From assembly GCA_038061995.1 (NCBI GenBank), contig JBBTYA010000004.1:15350-79349 (forward strand): a stretch of DNA of 64,000 bases, given 5' to 3'. The notes below the pieces were generated by a model. That model searched no databases, was not told the DNA's origin, and was given only the letters and a program-made list of their open reading frames with translations. The DNA comes from Patescibacteria group bacterium. GTDB lineage: Bacteria; Patescibacteriota; Minisyncoccia; 2-02-FULL-40-12; GWA2-44-9. The position numbers and the translations under genes are program-made. Below are positions 9,344 to 18,436 of this stretch, one piece after another (position 1 is the stretch's first letter; every line of letters begins with the position of its first letter).

Positions 9344-9895
9344 TTATCTTATCTGTATGCTGTGAATGAGACGAGCTAGGTCGCTTTTCTGTGCATCAAC
9401 TATATCTGACATAAAATATATCTCGTCATAGTACCGCTTAACTATTTTGTACATTTTGAGGTCGCAGGTTAATATTTTTGCCCCCAAGCCGATTCCTTCC
9501 GTAGCTATGCAAAAATCTATTGCAGTTAAACTTTTCATGTCCTTACGAGAATACCCCTCGTATCTCGCAAGAATTTCAGAAAAGTTAAGGGGGCGGCGCC
9601 CATACGCATGTAGTTTTCCGCCCAAAAGATCAAGAATCTTTTTACGGCATTTTTTTACAGATATCTTATTGACCCTAATCAGTTTAGACATTGTCTCCAA
9701 AGCAGCTAATACGGGGACGTGAAAAGATGGCTTATATGGCAATAGCGCGCCGAGTGAAGATTCTGCAGAAATATGGTGAGAGTCTTTTTCGTCGAGAACG
9801 GCTACGACCCAGGAAGTATCGGCCAGTATTATCACATTATTGCTGGTCTGCGCGGTGGCCTCACCGCTTTTTCCTTCTATCTTTTCATTATCCAT
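9344..9895 (-). CDS. PIN-domain protein (VapC-like ribonuclease fold)
   Basis: ILADTSWVVA, DSHH, ALET, LTAIDFCI and ILTCD supply the PIN acidic residues. Confidence 0.85.
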   Translation of the reverse strand: MDNEKIEGKSGEATAQTSNNVIILADTSWVVAVLDEKDSHHISAESSLGALLPYKPSFHVPVLAALETMSKLIRVNKISVKKCRKKILDLLGGKLHAYGRRPLNFSEILARYEGYSRKDMKSLTAIDFCIATEGIGLGAKILTCDLKMYKIVKRYYDEIYFMSDIVDAQKSDLARLIHSIQIR

Positions 9896-10093
9896 AAAAT
9901 TACTAAGGTCTCTTAAACTAGATTGCCCTACATATGTCCACCCAACTTATATCACCTTACGCCCTTCATTTTTCGCGCGCAAGACCGCATTCTGGGCCTC
10001 ATAACACAAAGCGCCCATATATGGGCGCTTTGTTACATAGATGTATGTACCCGTCGCTGCTGCTCTCGGGCACTGCGTTGCCTTCGCTCCTTG

Positions 10094-10164
10094 CTGCGGG
10101 GCCTGGACTCGAACCAAGATACCGTGCTTCAGAGGCACGTGTCCTACCATTAGACGACCCCGCA
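10094..10164 (-). tRNA. tRNA-Gln(CTG)
   Basis: Cloverleaf; anticodon arm cgtgc-CTCTGAA-gcacg; GTTCGAG T-loop. Confidence 0.95.
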
Positions 10165-10257
10165 AGATTCAAACAGCCCCGAGTGTACACGAAAAAGGGG
10201 CATTTTTCAACGGTGTGCGTTTCTGGACGCCCTATATTCTGATACTATAGTGCGTAT

Positions 10258-10779
10258 ATGGATACGCTGATCATACTGAGCGCTGCACTCGCACTCGCTG
10301 CGGTTATTGAGTTTTACACACTCGCATTGCGGCTTTCGTTCCATCTCAAGTCAAAAGAAATTCAGAGAGAGGTGCTCCATGTCCCCCGCGTGCACCATTC
10401 CTATCCCGGCATTGCACTGCTGATCATTCACTACGCGTTCTATCCCTCATTGTGGCTTGCGGTGATTGGGTGGGCGCTCGTCCTTTCTGATCTATTCCAC
10501 CACACGGTGGCACTTCCGCTTATGAAAAAGCGTGGCTATGACATTGGCATGCGCCATCACAATCATGCCCACGTCTACTTCAAACACGGCCTTGCGGTCG
10601 TACTCATTGCAACTGGTCTCGTAGCATTCTTCACGCCATTCACGCCAGGATCGTGGCTTGTGTTCCCAGGCCTTGCGTTCATTATTGGAAAAAAGAATAC
10701 TCGTTCGCTACTACACCGTGTATTGGGCAAAAAGATCTCGGAAGATCCGCGCGTAGAGAATGCCCTGAAGAAGCTATAG
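10258..10779 (+). CDS. Multi-TM membrane protein with PGPGW-like C-terminal hairpin
   Basis: Several hydrophobic segments; RVHHSYPG; PFTPGSWLVFPGL. Confidence 0.75.
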   Translation: MDTLIILSAALALAAVIEFYTLALRLSFHLKSKEIQREVLHVPRVHHSYPGIALLIIHYAFYPSLWLAVIGWALVLSDLFHHTVALPLMKKRGYDIGMRHHNHAHVYFKHGLAVVLIATGLVAFFTPFTPGSWLVFPGLAFIIGKKNTRSLLHRVLGKKISEDPRVENALKKL

Positions 10780-11334
10780 CAACCGACGTTCGTATGCACG
10801 AGCAACGCGGATAAACCATGGATCAGAGCCCGGTTCAAAAGGGCACACGCGAATTGATTTCCATCCTGCTACATTAGCGCCGAGAATGTCCGTGAGTACT
10901 TGGTCCCCTATGTGTACGCATTGCTGAGGCGAAAGATTCCACCGTCGCTGCGCAACGCGAAAACCATCAGACGATGGTTTTCTTTTTCGTGCCTGGATCA
11001 CGGGAATATCGAGAGCAGCTCCTGCACGCACCACGCGCCGCCCGATAACATTAGAGAGCATGCACACATTGCCGCTAAATATGTGGGCCCATTTCGTGAG
11101 GAGGGGCACAACTGAAGCATCAACTGCACGAGAACCAAAGGCAGCAAGCGTTTGATCAAAATCAAAACTCACCCCGCGGATACCCGCCGCATACAACGCG
11201 TGCGGATCTATATCTATCACTGATGCGTGCGCTTCCCAAGGCCGCAACAAGCGCAACGCGCGCTCATTGAGCGCGCGAAAAGGATTGAGGTACGGAATGA
11301 GAACGGGATTCGTAAGAAGATCGATAGCCAACAT
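10774..11334 (-). CDS. YqeG-like HAD IIIA phosphatase
   Basis: FDFDQTL, LSN, KRKPS, IGDQVLTDILGAN. Confidence 0.9.
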   Translation of the reverse strand: MLAIDLLTNPVLIPYLNPFRALNERALRLLRPWEAHASVIDIDPHALYAAGIRGVSFDFDQTLAAFGSRAVDASVVPLLTKWAHIFSGNVCMLSNVIGRRVVRAGAALDIPVIQARKRKPSSDGFRVAQRRWNLSPQQCVHIGDQVLTDILGANVAGWKSIRVCPFEPGSDPWFIRVARAYERRLL

Positions 11335-11337
11335 TGG

Positions 11338-12249
11338 CTAAATGCGTAAGAAGCGACGAATAGCGATAGTGCTTGAAACGACCCCCAATAGCACGCCGAT
11401 CACCACCACGGTCAGCACCGTTTGTGGCGCATGAGTGATAAAGTATTTACTCAACTCCGCACCGGGGATTTTATCGGCCACATCGGCACTAATGAACGAA
11501 AGCGCCGGGTAAAAAACTGCGAGCGCAAGAAGCGACGCGAACAAGCCGTAGAGCACACCCTCAACCAAGAACGGTGCGCGGATGTGCCAGTTCGAACCAC
11601 CCACCAACCGCATGATCTCGATCTCTTGGTGCTGAGTATAAATAGTAAGGCGCACCGTGTTGAACGTCACCAGCACGGCGATAATAGAGAGAAGCAGCGT
11701 GGTTGCCATGCCCCAGCTCCGCAACCCCTTTGAGATGTTCTGCACGCGGGCGATCACCTGCTCATTCTCATAGAAGTTAATCTTTTCAATGAGAGCGCGG
11801 AAGCGCGTGCCTTCAAGATAGTTTGCAATGCCTGCATATTCCGAAGAGTCTTTCGCCTTAATGTTCACTGATGCTTGCAGTGGGTTGTCATCAAGCTCGG
11901 CGAGCGATTCCTGAATGAGCGCGTTGCCCGCGTGCCGTGCTTTAAAATCTTCAAATGCCTGATCGCGTGAGATGTATTCCACAAATGCCACGGCAGGAAG
12001 TGCCTCAATGTCTGTTTTGATCTTGAGAATGTCTTCCTCTGCGGTTGTTGTCTTAAAGTAGACACTCACGTCTACTTTATCTTCGATGCTCTGCGTAATT
12101 GAGTTCGCAACCACGTTCAAGGTCATGAGGCCCAAAAACACGAAGAGCACGAGTGCCATGACTCCCGTGGTGCCGAAGCTCACATAACTGTTGCGTTTAA
12201 AGTTTGTCCACCCTGAGCGCAAAATGCGCTTAAACATTTCTTGAGACAT
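11338..12249 (-). CDS. ftsX: Cell division permease FtsX
   Basis: EIEIMRLVGGSNWHIRAPFLVEG, NPL motif, 4 TM; downstream of ftsE. Confidence 0.95.
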   Translation of the reverse strand: MSQEMFKRILRSGWTNFKRNSYVSFGTTGVMALVLFVFLGLMTLNVVANSITQSIEDKVDVSVYFKTTTAEEDILKIKTDIEALPAVAFVEYISRDQAFEDFKARHAGNALIQESLAELDDNPLQASVNIKAKDSSEYAGIANYLEGTRFRALIEKINFYENEQVIARVQNISKGLRSWGMATTLLLSIIAVLVTFNTVRLTIYTQHQEIEIMRLVGGSNWHIRAPFLVEGVLYGLFASLLALAVFYPALSFISADVADKIPGAELSKYFITHAPQTVLTVVVIGVLLGVVSSTIAIRRFLRI

Positions 12250-12254
12250 AGAAT

Positions 12255-12938
12255 TTAAATAACGTATTTACCACCGTCTTTCTGGTCGCGCACAATCTTT
12301 CCTTTTTCCATCGTGATCACGCGCTTCTCCAGCGAGTTTACCAAATCACGGTTGTGCGTCACCATAATGACCGTAGTGCCAAGTGAATGAATCTTCTTCA
12401 AAAGCTGTAACACATCGTGGCTGTTCACGAGATCCAAATTCCCCGTTGGCTCGTCTGCCAACATGATGCGAGGGCGGTGGATGAGCGCACGAGCGATAGC
12501 AAGGCGCTGTTTTTCTCCGCCAGACATCTGGTGTGGAAAGTTGGTCATCTTATCTGCAAGACCAACGATCGCTAACACTTTGGGTACGTCTTCGGCGATT
12601 TGGTCATCGCTTGCGCCCGTCATTTCAAGAGCGAACGCAACGTTCTCGTATGCGTTTTTGCTTGCAAGCAGTTTAAAGTCTTGAAAAACAGTGCCGATTT
12701 TACGGCGAAGCAACGGGATGTCAGCGCGGTGCACGTTTGCCAAAGAGACGCCGTCTACCAGCACTTCTCCTTCGCTTGGCTCAAGCTCTTTGATGAGCAG
12801 ACGGAGTAACGTAGACTTCCCCGCACCCGCTGGACCTACAATGGAAACAAAGTCTCCATCCTCAATGGTAAGGTCGATAGCACTTAATGCTATGAATCCA
12901 TCGTTATAGACTGATGAGACGTTCTTAAATTCAATCAC
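12255..12938 (-). CDS. ftsE: Cell division ATP-binding protein FtsE
   Basis: GPAGAGKST, VFQDFKLL, SGGEKQR, ADEPTGNLD. Confidence 0.95.
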   Translation of the reverse strand: MIEFKNVSSVYNDGFIALSAIDLTIEDGDFVSIVGPAGAGKSTLLRLLIKELEPSEGEVLVDGVSLANVHRADIPLLRRKIGTVFQDFKLLASKNAYENVAFALEMTGASDDQIAEDVPKVLAIVGLADKMTNFPHQMSGGEKQRLAIARALIHRPRIMLADEPTGNLDLVNSHDVLQLLKKIHSLGTTVIMVTHNRDLVNSLEKRVITMEKGKIVRDQKDGGKYVI

Positions 12939-13666
12939 GGTGTTGCAAGAAAATCATCAAGATCACCTTCAAGCACACGTTCCGGCTGAGAAGATTTCTT
13001 CCCTGAACGGTGATCTTTGACCATCTGATACGGGTGAAGCACGTAGGAACGGATCTGGCTCCCCCATTCGATAGAACCCGCTTTCATTTCTGGCTTCAGG
13101 GCAGCGATGTCGCTGACCCGCTGTGCCTCCATGCGTTGCATGAGACGCGCCATGAGCATGCTCATGGCTTTTTCTTTGTTCTGGCTCTGCGAGCGCTCCG
13201 TCTGCACTGCCACAGCAATGCCACTGGGAATGTGCGTAATGCGCACCGCGGTTTCCACCTTGTTCACATTCTGCCCACCTTTGCCGCCAGAGCGGTAGGT
13301 GTCAACGCGCAAATCTTGTGCGTTCACGTGCAATGCTTGCGCAGTAAGCTCGGGAAGAATTTCCACGAGCGCGAACGACGTATGGCGCAATTTCTTTGCA
13401 GAGAACGGAGAGATGCGCACAAGGCGGTGCACGCCACTCTCGCCCTGTAGTATAGCATACACATTCGGACCATTCACCTCACAGGCGATACTTTTTACAC
13501 CACCCTGCTCACCACGCGACTCATCAAGTATGAGAAACTTCCACCCACGCTTCTGTGCGAGGCGATTATACATGCGTAACAGCATGCCTGCCCAATCTTG
13601 CGCATCAACCCCTCCCGCGCCTGCGTAGATGGAAAGGAGTGCTGTATTGGGATTATGCGGAAGCAT
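12935..13666 (-). CDS. prfB: Peptide chain release factor 2 lacking N-terminal domain 1
   Basis: AGAGGVDAQDWA, ESGVHRLVRISPF (SPF), GGQ, WGSQIRSY; prfB-ftsEX synteny. Confidence 0.92.
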   Translation of the reverse strand: MLPHNPNTALLSIYAGAGGVDAQDWAGMLLRMYNRLAQKRGWKFLILDESRGEQGGVKSIACEVNGPNVYAILQGESGVHRLVRISPFSAKKLRHTSFALVEILPELTAQALHVNAQDLRVDTYRSGGKGGQNVNKVETAVRITHIPSGIAVAVQTERSQSQNKEKAMSMLMARLMQRMEAQRVSDIAALKPEMKAGSIEWGSQIRSYVLHPYQMVKDHRSGKKSSQPERVLEGDLDDFLATP

Positions 13667-13670
13667 GATC

Positions 13671-13745
13671 TGGAGCCGGAGGTGGGATTTGAACCCACGG
13701 CCTATCGCTTACGAAGCGATTGCTCTACCACTGAGCTACTCCGGC
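13671..13745 (-). tRNA. tRNA-Thr(CGT), CCA encoded
   Basis: Cloverleaf; atcgc-TTCGTAA-gcgat anticodon arm. Confidence 0.95.
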
Positions 13746-13750
13746 AGATT

Positions 13751-14188
13751 CTATGTGCTGCGCACCTCTTGTGCGCGCTTACTAAGCGCCCTTACTCTAC
13801 CACTTCTCCCACGATTCAATCCAGCAAACGTCGGCGAGAGTGAATCGCAGTTAGGGCAAATGAGGCGCAGGTTATCCTCCTGGTTATTTCTCCAGTTCCC
13901 GTCAATATGATCCGCGACAAGAGGAATGAGCCCCGTTACTGGGTTCACGTGCGCCCATCCACAGAGACAACACTGATCGTGAAACTTCTCCCGAAGATAC
14001 CGTTTAATGTGGCGAGAGACAAGACCCAAAGACATAAGCCCCGTCTCTTCCCCACTTTTCCAGCGAGCTATATATGCCCTGTATTGAAAGTCCTGCTGGC
14101 ACGTATTGCTACAGTATTTGCCATCAATCTCTTTAACTTCCTGAGCACAGACTAAGCATTTTGCTCTTGGTTTTTTAGGATTAGGCAC
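13751..14188 (-). CDS. HNH endonuclease with Zn-binding Cys motifs
   Basis: CLVC...KYCSNTC, CCLCG, DHIDGNWRNN...NLRLICPNCDS. Confidence 0.9.
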   Translation of the reverse strand: MPNPKKPRAKCLVCAQEVKEIDGKYCSNTCQQDFQYRAYIARWKSGEETGLMSLGLVSRHIKRYLREKFHDQCCLCGWAHVNPVTGLIPLVADHIDGNWRNNQEDNLRLICPNCDSLSPTFAGLNRGRSGRVRALSKRAQEVRST

Positions 14189-14372
14189 CTATACATACTA
14201 TCGAAATCGGGAACCTCTGTAAATATCATGTAGTGGTTCTATATGGACAAATCTCGAGAGAAGATGTATAGTGTATCTCTAAGAACTTCTTTTTCTATCC
14301 CTCGCAGCGAGTAGGGAGAATATCTTCATATGCTTCTTTTGCATACGTATCCCACGTATCGAAGCGAGACAT

Positions 14373-15410
14373 ATGAACACATTACAAAAGACTGGCGTCA
14401 TTATCACCTCCCTCTTAGTGGCGCTTAGTAGCGCCGGATCCGCAACAGCTGCAATCTTCGTAAACCTGAATACCGCAACAAATTTTGCGATTATCGCAGG
14501 CTCTACTATCACCAATACGGGCTCTAGTATTGTGCAAGGCGATGTTGGCTTAAGCCCGGGCACCTCCATCACAGGGTTCCCGCCAGGCAACATCACGGGA
14601 ACACAGCATATTGCAGACGCAGCAGGAGCTCAGGCAAAGCTGGATCTTGTAACCGCATACAACGCTGCAGCTGGCCAGGCAGCTACCACCACGGCGACAG
14701 AGCTTGGCGGTACGATAAAAACTCCCGGAACATACACATCGGCTGGGGGTACTTTTGCCCTCACCGGAACACTTACCCTTGATGCGCAAGGCGACCCGAA
14801 CGCGGTCTTCATCTTTAAAACAAATACGACGCTCACCACAGCTGGCGCAAGCACCATTGTGCTCGCGAACAACGCACAGGCATGTAATGTCTTCTGGCAG
14901 ATTGGCAGCTCGGCGACTCTCGGTGCTAACTCTTCGTTCAAGGGCACCATCATGGCACTCACTTCAATCACTGCAACAACCGGCGCACAGATAGACGGGC
15001 GCGTACTCGCACGCAATGGTGCCGTAACCCTTGATATCAACGCGGTCTCGCGACCAGCATGCTTAGTGGCAACGCCTACTCCGACTCCTACAGCAACACC
15101 AACAGTAACCCCCACACCATCCGCAACGCCGACACCGACTATCACGCCATCACCCAGCGCTACGCCAACTCCAACAACAACACCATTACCCTCTATAACT
15201 CCAACGCCATCAGTGACTCCTTCCGCGACACCGACAGCAACTATCACACCAACTCCAAGCGCCACTCCCTCAATAACTCCAGTGCCACAACTTCCTAATA
15301 CGGGAACGCCTCCAGATGCACAGCGTGCACCAGCTGGTGTATTCGTTATGGCCGGACTTCTTGTGATCGCAATTGCATTCAGCGCAACACGCAGTGTGCG
15401 CGGATCATAA
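14373..15410 (+). CDS. DUF3494 ice-binding-like protein with Pro/Thr linker and LPxTG anchor
   Basis: Signal peptide; [40 protein letters not shown]; (TP)n linker; LPNTG plus TM and basic tail. Confidence 0.92.
   Translation: MNTLQKTGVIITSLLVALSSAGSATAAIFVNLNTATNFAIIAGSTITNTGSSIVQGDVGLSPGTSITGFPPGNITGTQHIADAAGAQAKLDLVTAYNAAAGQAATTTATELGGTIKTPGTYTSAGGTFALTGTLTLDAQGDPNAVFIFKTNTTLTTAGASTIVLANNAQACNVFWQIGSSATLGANSSFKGTIMALTSITATTGAQIDGRVLARNGAVTLDINAVSRPACLVATPTPTPTATPTVTPTPSATPTPTITPSPSATPTPTTTPLPSITPTPSVTPSATPTATITPTPSATPSITPVPQLPNTGTPPDAQRAPAGVFVMAGLLVIAIAFSATRSVRGS
15070..15290 (+). repeat. Degenerate tandem TPTP/TPSA coding repeat
   Basis: Pro-Thr-Ser low-complexity linker within the DUF3494 protein. 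Confidence 0.8.
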
Positions 15411-16009
15411 TGGATATACTGCTCACGCGAGCGCTCATGATTGTTTCCGTAGCTGCAACACTCCTTTCGGGAATGCTGTTTTTAGACTACGTCGCCATCG
15501 CCTCATCACCAGAACGGCGAACGTACATAACTGTACTCCCAACGCCCCAAGAATACCCCATCAGCGTGGCATCGCCGTCACGGCTCGTCATCCCTCGCAT
15601 TCAAGTCGACGCCCTCATTGAACGCGTAGGCATCACCGCTCGTGGAGAAATGGATGTACCAAAGAGTCAAATCACGGTAGGGTGGCTCGAAACAGGGCCT
15701 CGCCCAGGAGAGACTGGTAGCGCGGTCATCGCAGGTCACTACGGACAAAATGGCGCAAAGACTTCCGTATTTGATTCACTTAGCATCCTACAGCCCAGAG
15801 ATACTATATACGTCATTGATGAGGATGGCATAACGACTACATTTATTGTGCGCGAGAAGAATACCTATAGCCCCGACGCGGATGCCTCTGCTGTTTTTTC
15901 TGCAGCTGATGACGGCACGCACCTCAACCTCGTCACCTGCGACGGCCCATGGAATGCGCAGTCCCAAGAATATCAAAGGCGCTTAGTTATTTTTGCTGAT
16001 AAACAATAA
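15410..16009 (+). CDS. Class F sortase
   Basis: RLVIPRI, PGETGSAVIAGH, LNLVTC, RR; TAATG coupling to the LPxTG substrate gene. Confidence 0.92.
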   Translation: MDILLTRALMIVSVAATLLSGMLFLDYVAIASSPERRTYITVLPTPQEYPISVASPSRLVIPRIQVDALIERVGITARGEMDVPKSQITVGWLETGPRPGETGSAVIAGHYGQNGAKTSVFDSLSILQPRDTIYVIDEDGITTTFIVREKNTYSPDADASAVFSAADDGTHLNLVTCDGPWNAQSQEYQRRLVIFADKQ

Positions 16010-16031
16010 AAACCGCCGAAGGGCGGTTTTT
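16008..16031. terminator. Bidirectional terminator
   Basis: aaaaccgcc-gaag-ggcggtttt between the convergent sortase and tRNA genes. Confidence 0.85.
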
Positions 16032-16039
16032 ATTATATG

Positions 16040-16110
16040 AGCGGGATACGAGAATCGAACTCGTGTCTCCACCTTGGAAGGGTGGCGTACTACCATTATA
16101 CGAATCCCGC
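16040..16110 (-). tRNA. tRNA-Gly(TCC)
   Basis: Cloverleaf; ccacc-CTTCCAA-ggtgg anticodon arm. Confidence 0.95.
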
Positions 16111-16111
16111 G

Positions 16112-16480
16112 CTAACGAAAGATATCATACAGCCAAGCGCGCAGATTGGCAAAAATACCGTCACCACCGCCAGCAGACGCGGATGCAGGGCGCTCCTCAT
16201 CCGCTAAGTGCACAAATACTACTTCCTCGCCTTCCGCTTGCACATTCAAGCGCAGTCGCGCTTGGCGCTCTAGAAATGCGGGGTCGTACGCACGCGATGC
16301 CCGAAGCGATAGCGTGTCGTTCTCCTCTTCCCCCTTCGCAATACGCTCTTCAAGTTCTCGCACTTGACGCTCTGCTTCACGCGCCTCTATATGCACGCGC
16401 GCGGCAGCCACAAAAAGCCACAAGGCTACGAGCCCTAGAGGAATAACTGCGAACGGTGATTGCACGATACGGCGCCACAT
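16112..16480 (-). CDS. Septum formation initiator (FtsB/DivIC family)
   Basis: TM, coiled coil, DPAFLERQARLRLN..GE. Confidence 0.85.
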   Translation of the reverse strand: MWRRIVQSPFAVIPLGLVALWLFVAAARVHIEAREAERQVRELEERIAKGEEENDTLSLRASRAYDPAFLERQARLRLNVQAEGEEVVFVHLADEERPASASAGGGDGIFANLRAWLYDIFR

Positions 16481-16521
16481 ATTGCGATTCCACTCTTCCA
16501 TGGTACAGTACACGTATTCCT

Positions 16522-16620
16522 ATGATTCCTCAATCGTGGCTTCGCCCTATTTCCGTAGTCGTAGCAGTCCTCCTCACCATCAGCATGGTGATTTTCCTCA
16601 TTCTTCCGCTCTGGTACTAA
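16522..16620 (+). CDS. 32-aa single-TM microprotein
   Basis: MIPQSWLRPISVVVAVLLTISMVIFLILPLWY*; fills the ftsB-lepA gap; TGGTACAGT -10-like box upstream. Confidence 0.6.
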   Translation: MIPQSWLRPISVVVAVLLTISMVIFLILPLWY

Positions 16621-16631
16621 TCGTATAGGTA

Positions 16632-18431
16632 CTAGCGCTTGAGCATCTCCAAAAAGACGTTGTGGGGAATCTGTACTTTTCCGAGTTCTTCCATCTTCTT
16701 CTTTCCCCGCTTTTGCTTCTCCAAGAGCTTCATTTTGCGCGTTACGTCACCGCCATACAAATAGCCCGTCACATCTTTACGACGAGCGCGAATAGTTTCG
16801 CGAGCGATCACCTTACCGCCAATAACTGCCTGCAGTGCAACGGCAAACCACTGTGCAGGGATAATATCTTTAAGTTTCTCGATCATGGCGCGTCCCTCAC
16901 GGTTCGCGAGTGAGCGCGGCACGATGCGTGAAAATGGCTCTACGATGTCGTCGGCAACAAGAATGTCGAGACGCACCAAATCATCAACGCGAAATCCGCA
17001 GAGCTCGTAGCTGAGCGATGCATATCCTGACGACACGCTCTTAAGCTGATCATAAAAATCAGTAATCAATTCAGCAAGCGGAATGACGTAGCGCAACACC
17101 GCCGTGTCGCTTCCCAAATATTCCGTCGCTTCATAGATACTACGGCGCGTTGCGGCAAGCTCCATGACGCCTCCTACATACGTTGATGGTGCGATGATCT
17201 CTACGCGAGCGATAGGTTCGGCGATCATTTCTACGCGCGAAGGATCGGGTAAGAGCGCTGCGGAACGGATGAGAATCTCCTCGCCGTTTTTCAGCGTTAC
17301 CTGGTATTCCACCGACGGCGAAGAAACAATGAGTTTTAAATTAAATTCACGACGCAACCGCTCAGAGATAATTTCAACGTGGAGCATGCCCAAAAAACCA
17401 ACACGGAATCCCCGCCCCAAGCCCGCAGATGATTCTGGCTCATAAATCAGCGAAGCGTCAGTGAGCTTCAGCTTACCGAGAGCATCTTTGAGCACATCAT
17501 ACTCTTCTCCGTTTTCAGGAAAGAAGCTTGCGAATACCATGGGGGTCGCCTGACGATACCCCGGGAGCGGTTCAAATGCCGCGTTCTGTGCCTCGCGCTG
17601 TAGTGTGATAGTGTCACCTACGTGAATCTGCCCCGGATCTTTAATGCCGGTTGCGATGTACCCGATCATACCGGGCTCAAGAGATTTTTCTGGAGTCTGC
17701 TGTGGCGCAAACCAACCCGTCTCAAGCACTTCTGCGCGAGCCTTTGTTGCCCACGCAAGCATGGTATCTCGATTACTTACCGTACCGCTCACCATACGCA
17801 CGTACGCAATCACGCCCTTATATGCATCGAACGAAGAATCGAAAATAAGCGCGCGGGCAGGGCCATCAACAATGTGCGGTGGTGGCACATCGCGCACCAC
17901 GCGATCGAGCAGTTCGATCACTCCTGTGCCCTGCTTTGCAGAAATACTCAAGATGGTATCTGGCGTGATACCCAACAACAACGAGAGCTGCTCTTTCACA
18001 ATCTCCGTCCGCGCGTTTGGTAGGTCTACTTTATTGATAGCGGGGACAATGACCAACCCTTGGCGCTGTGCAAGGTGTAAGTTCGCAAGTGTCTGGGCTT
18101 GGATCCCTTTGGTAGCATCCACCAACAAGATAGCGCCCTCGACCGCAGCGAGAGAGCGCGAAACTTCGTATGAGAAATCGACATGCCCCGGCGTATCAAT
18201 AAGATTTAATACATACGCTTGCTTCTCCCCCTTCGGCGTGTAGCGCATGCGTACTGGCTGGAGCTTAATAGTAATACCGCGCTCGCGTTCAAGATCCATC
18301 TGGTCCAGATACTGATTCTGCATCTTACGGCGCTCAACTGCGCCCGTAAGCTCAAGAAAACGATCGGCAAGTGTGGACTTGCCGTGGTCGATGTGGGCGA
18401 TAATGACGAAGTTACGTATCAGATCGTGCAT
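16632..18431 (-). CDS. lepA: Elongation factor 4
   Basis: IAHIDHGKSTLAD, DTPGHVDF, GFLGMLH, LLEKQKRGKKKM. Confidence 0.98.
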   Translation of the reverse strand: MHDLIRNFVIIAHIDHGKSTLADRFLELTGAVERRKMQNQYLDQMDLERERGITIKLQPVRMRYTPKGEKQAYVLNLIDTPGHVDFSYEVSRSLAAVEGAILLVDATKGIQAQTLANLHLAQRQGLVIVPAINKVDLPNARTEIVKEQLSLLLGITPDTILSISAKQGTGVIELLDRVVRDVPPPHIVDGPARALIFDSSFDAYKGVIAYVRMVSGTVSNRDTMLAWATKARAEVLETGWFAPQQTPEKSLEPGMIGYIATGIKDPGQIHVGDTITLQREAQNAAFEPLPGYRQATPMVFASFFPENGEEYDVLKDALGKLKLTDASLIYEPESSAGLGRGFRVGFLGMLHVEIISERLRREFNLKLIVSSPSVEYQVTLKNGEEILIRSAALLPDPSRVEMIAEPIARVEIIAPSTYVGGVMELAATRRSIYEATEYLGSDTAVLRYVIPLAELITDFYDQLKSVSSGYASLSYELCGFRVDDLVRLDILVADDIVEPFSRIVPRSLANREGRAMIEKLKDIIPAQWFAVALQAVIGGKVIARETIRARRKDVTGYLYGGDVTRKMKLLEKQKRGKKKMEELGKVQIPHNVFLEMLKR

Positions 18432-18436
18432 GGGGC

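Noticed and set aside
12935-13666. PrfH rescue factor
   Set aside because: SPF motif, prfB-ftsEX synteny and no adjacent rtcB indicate RF2.
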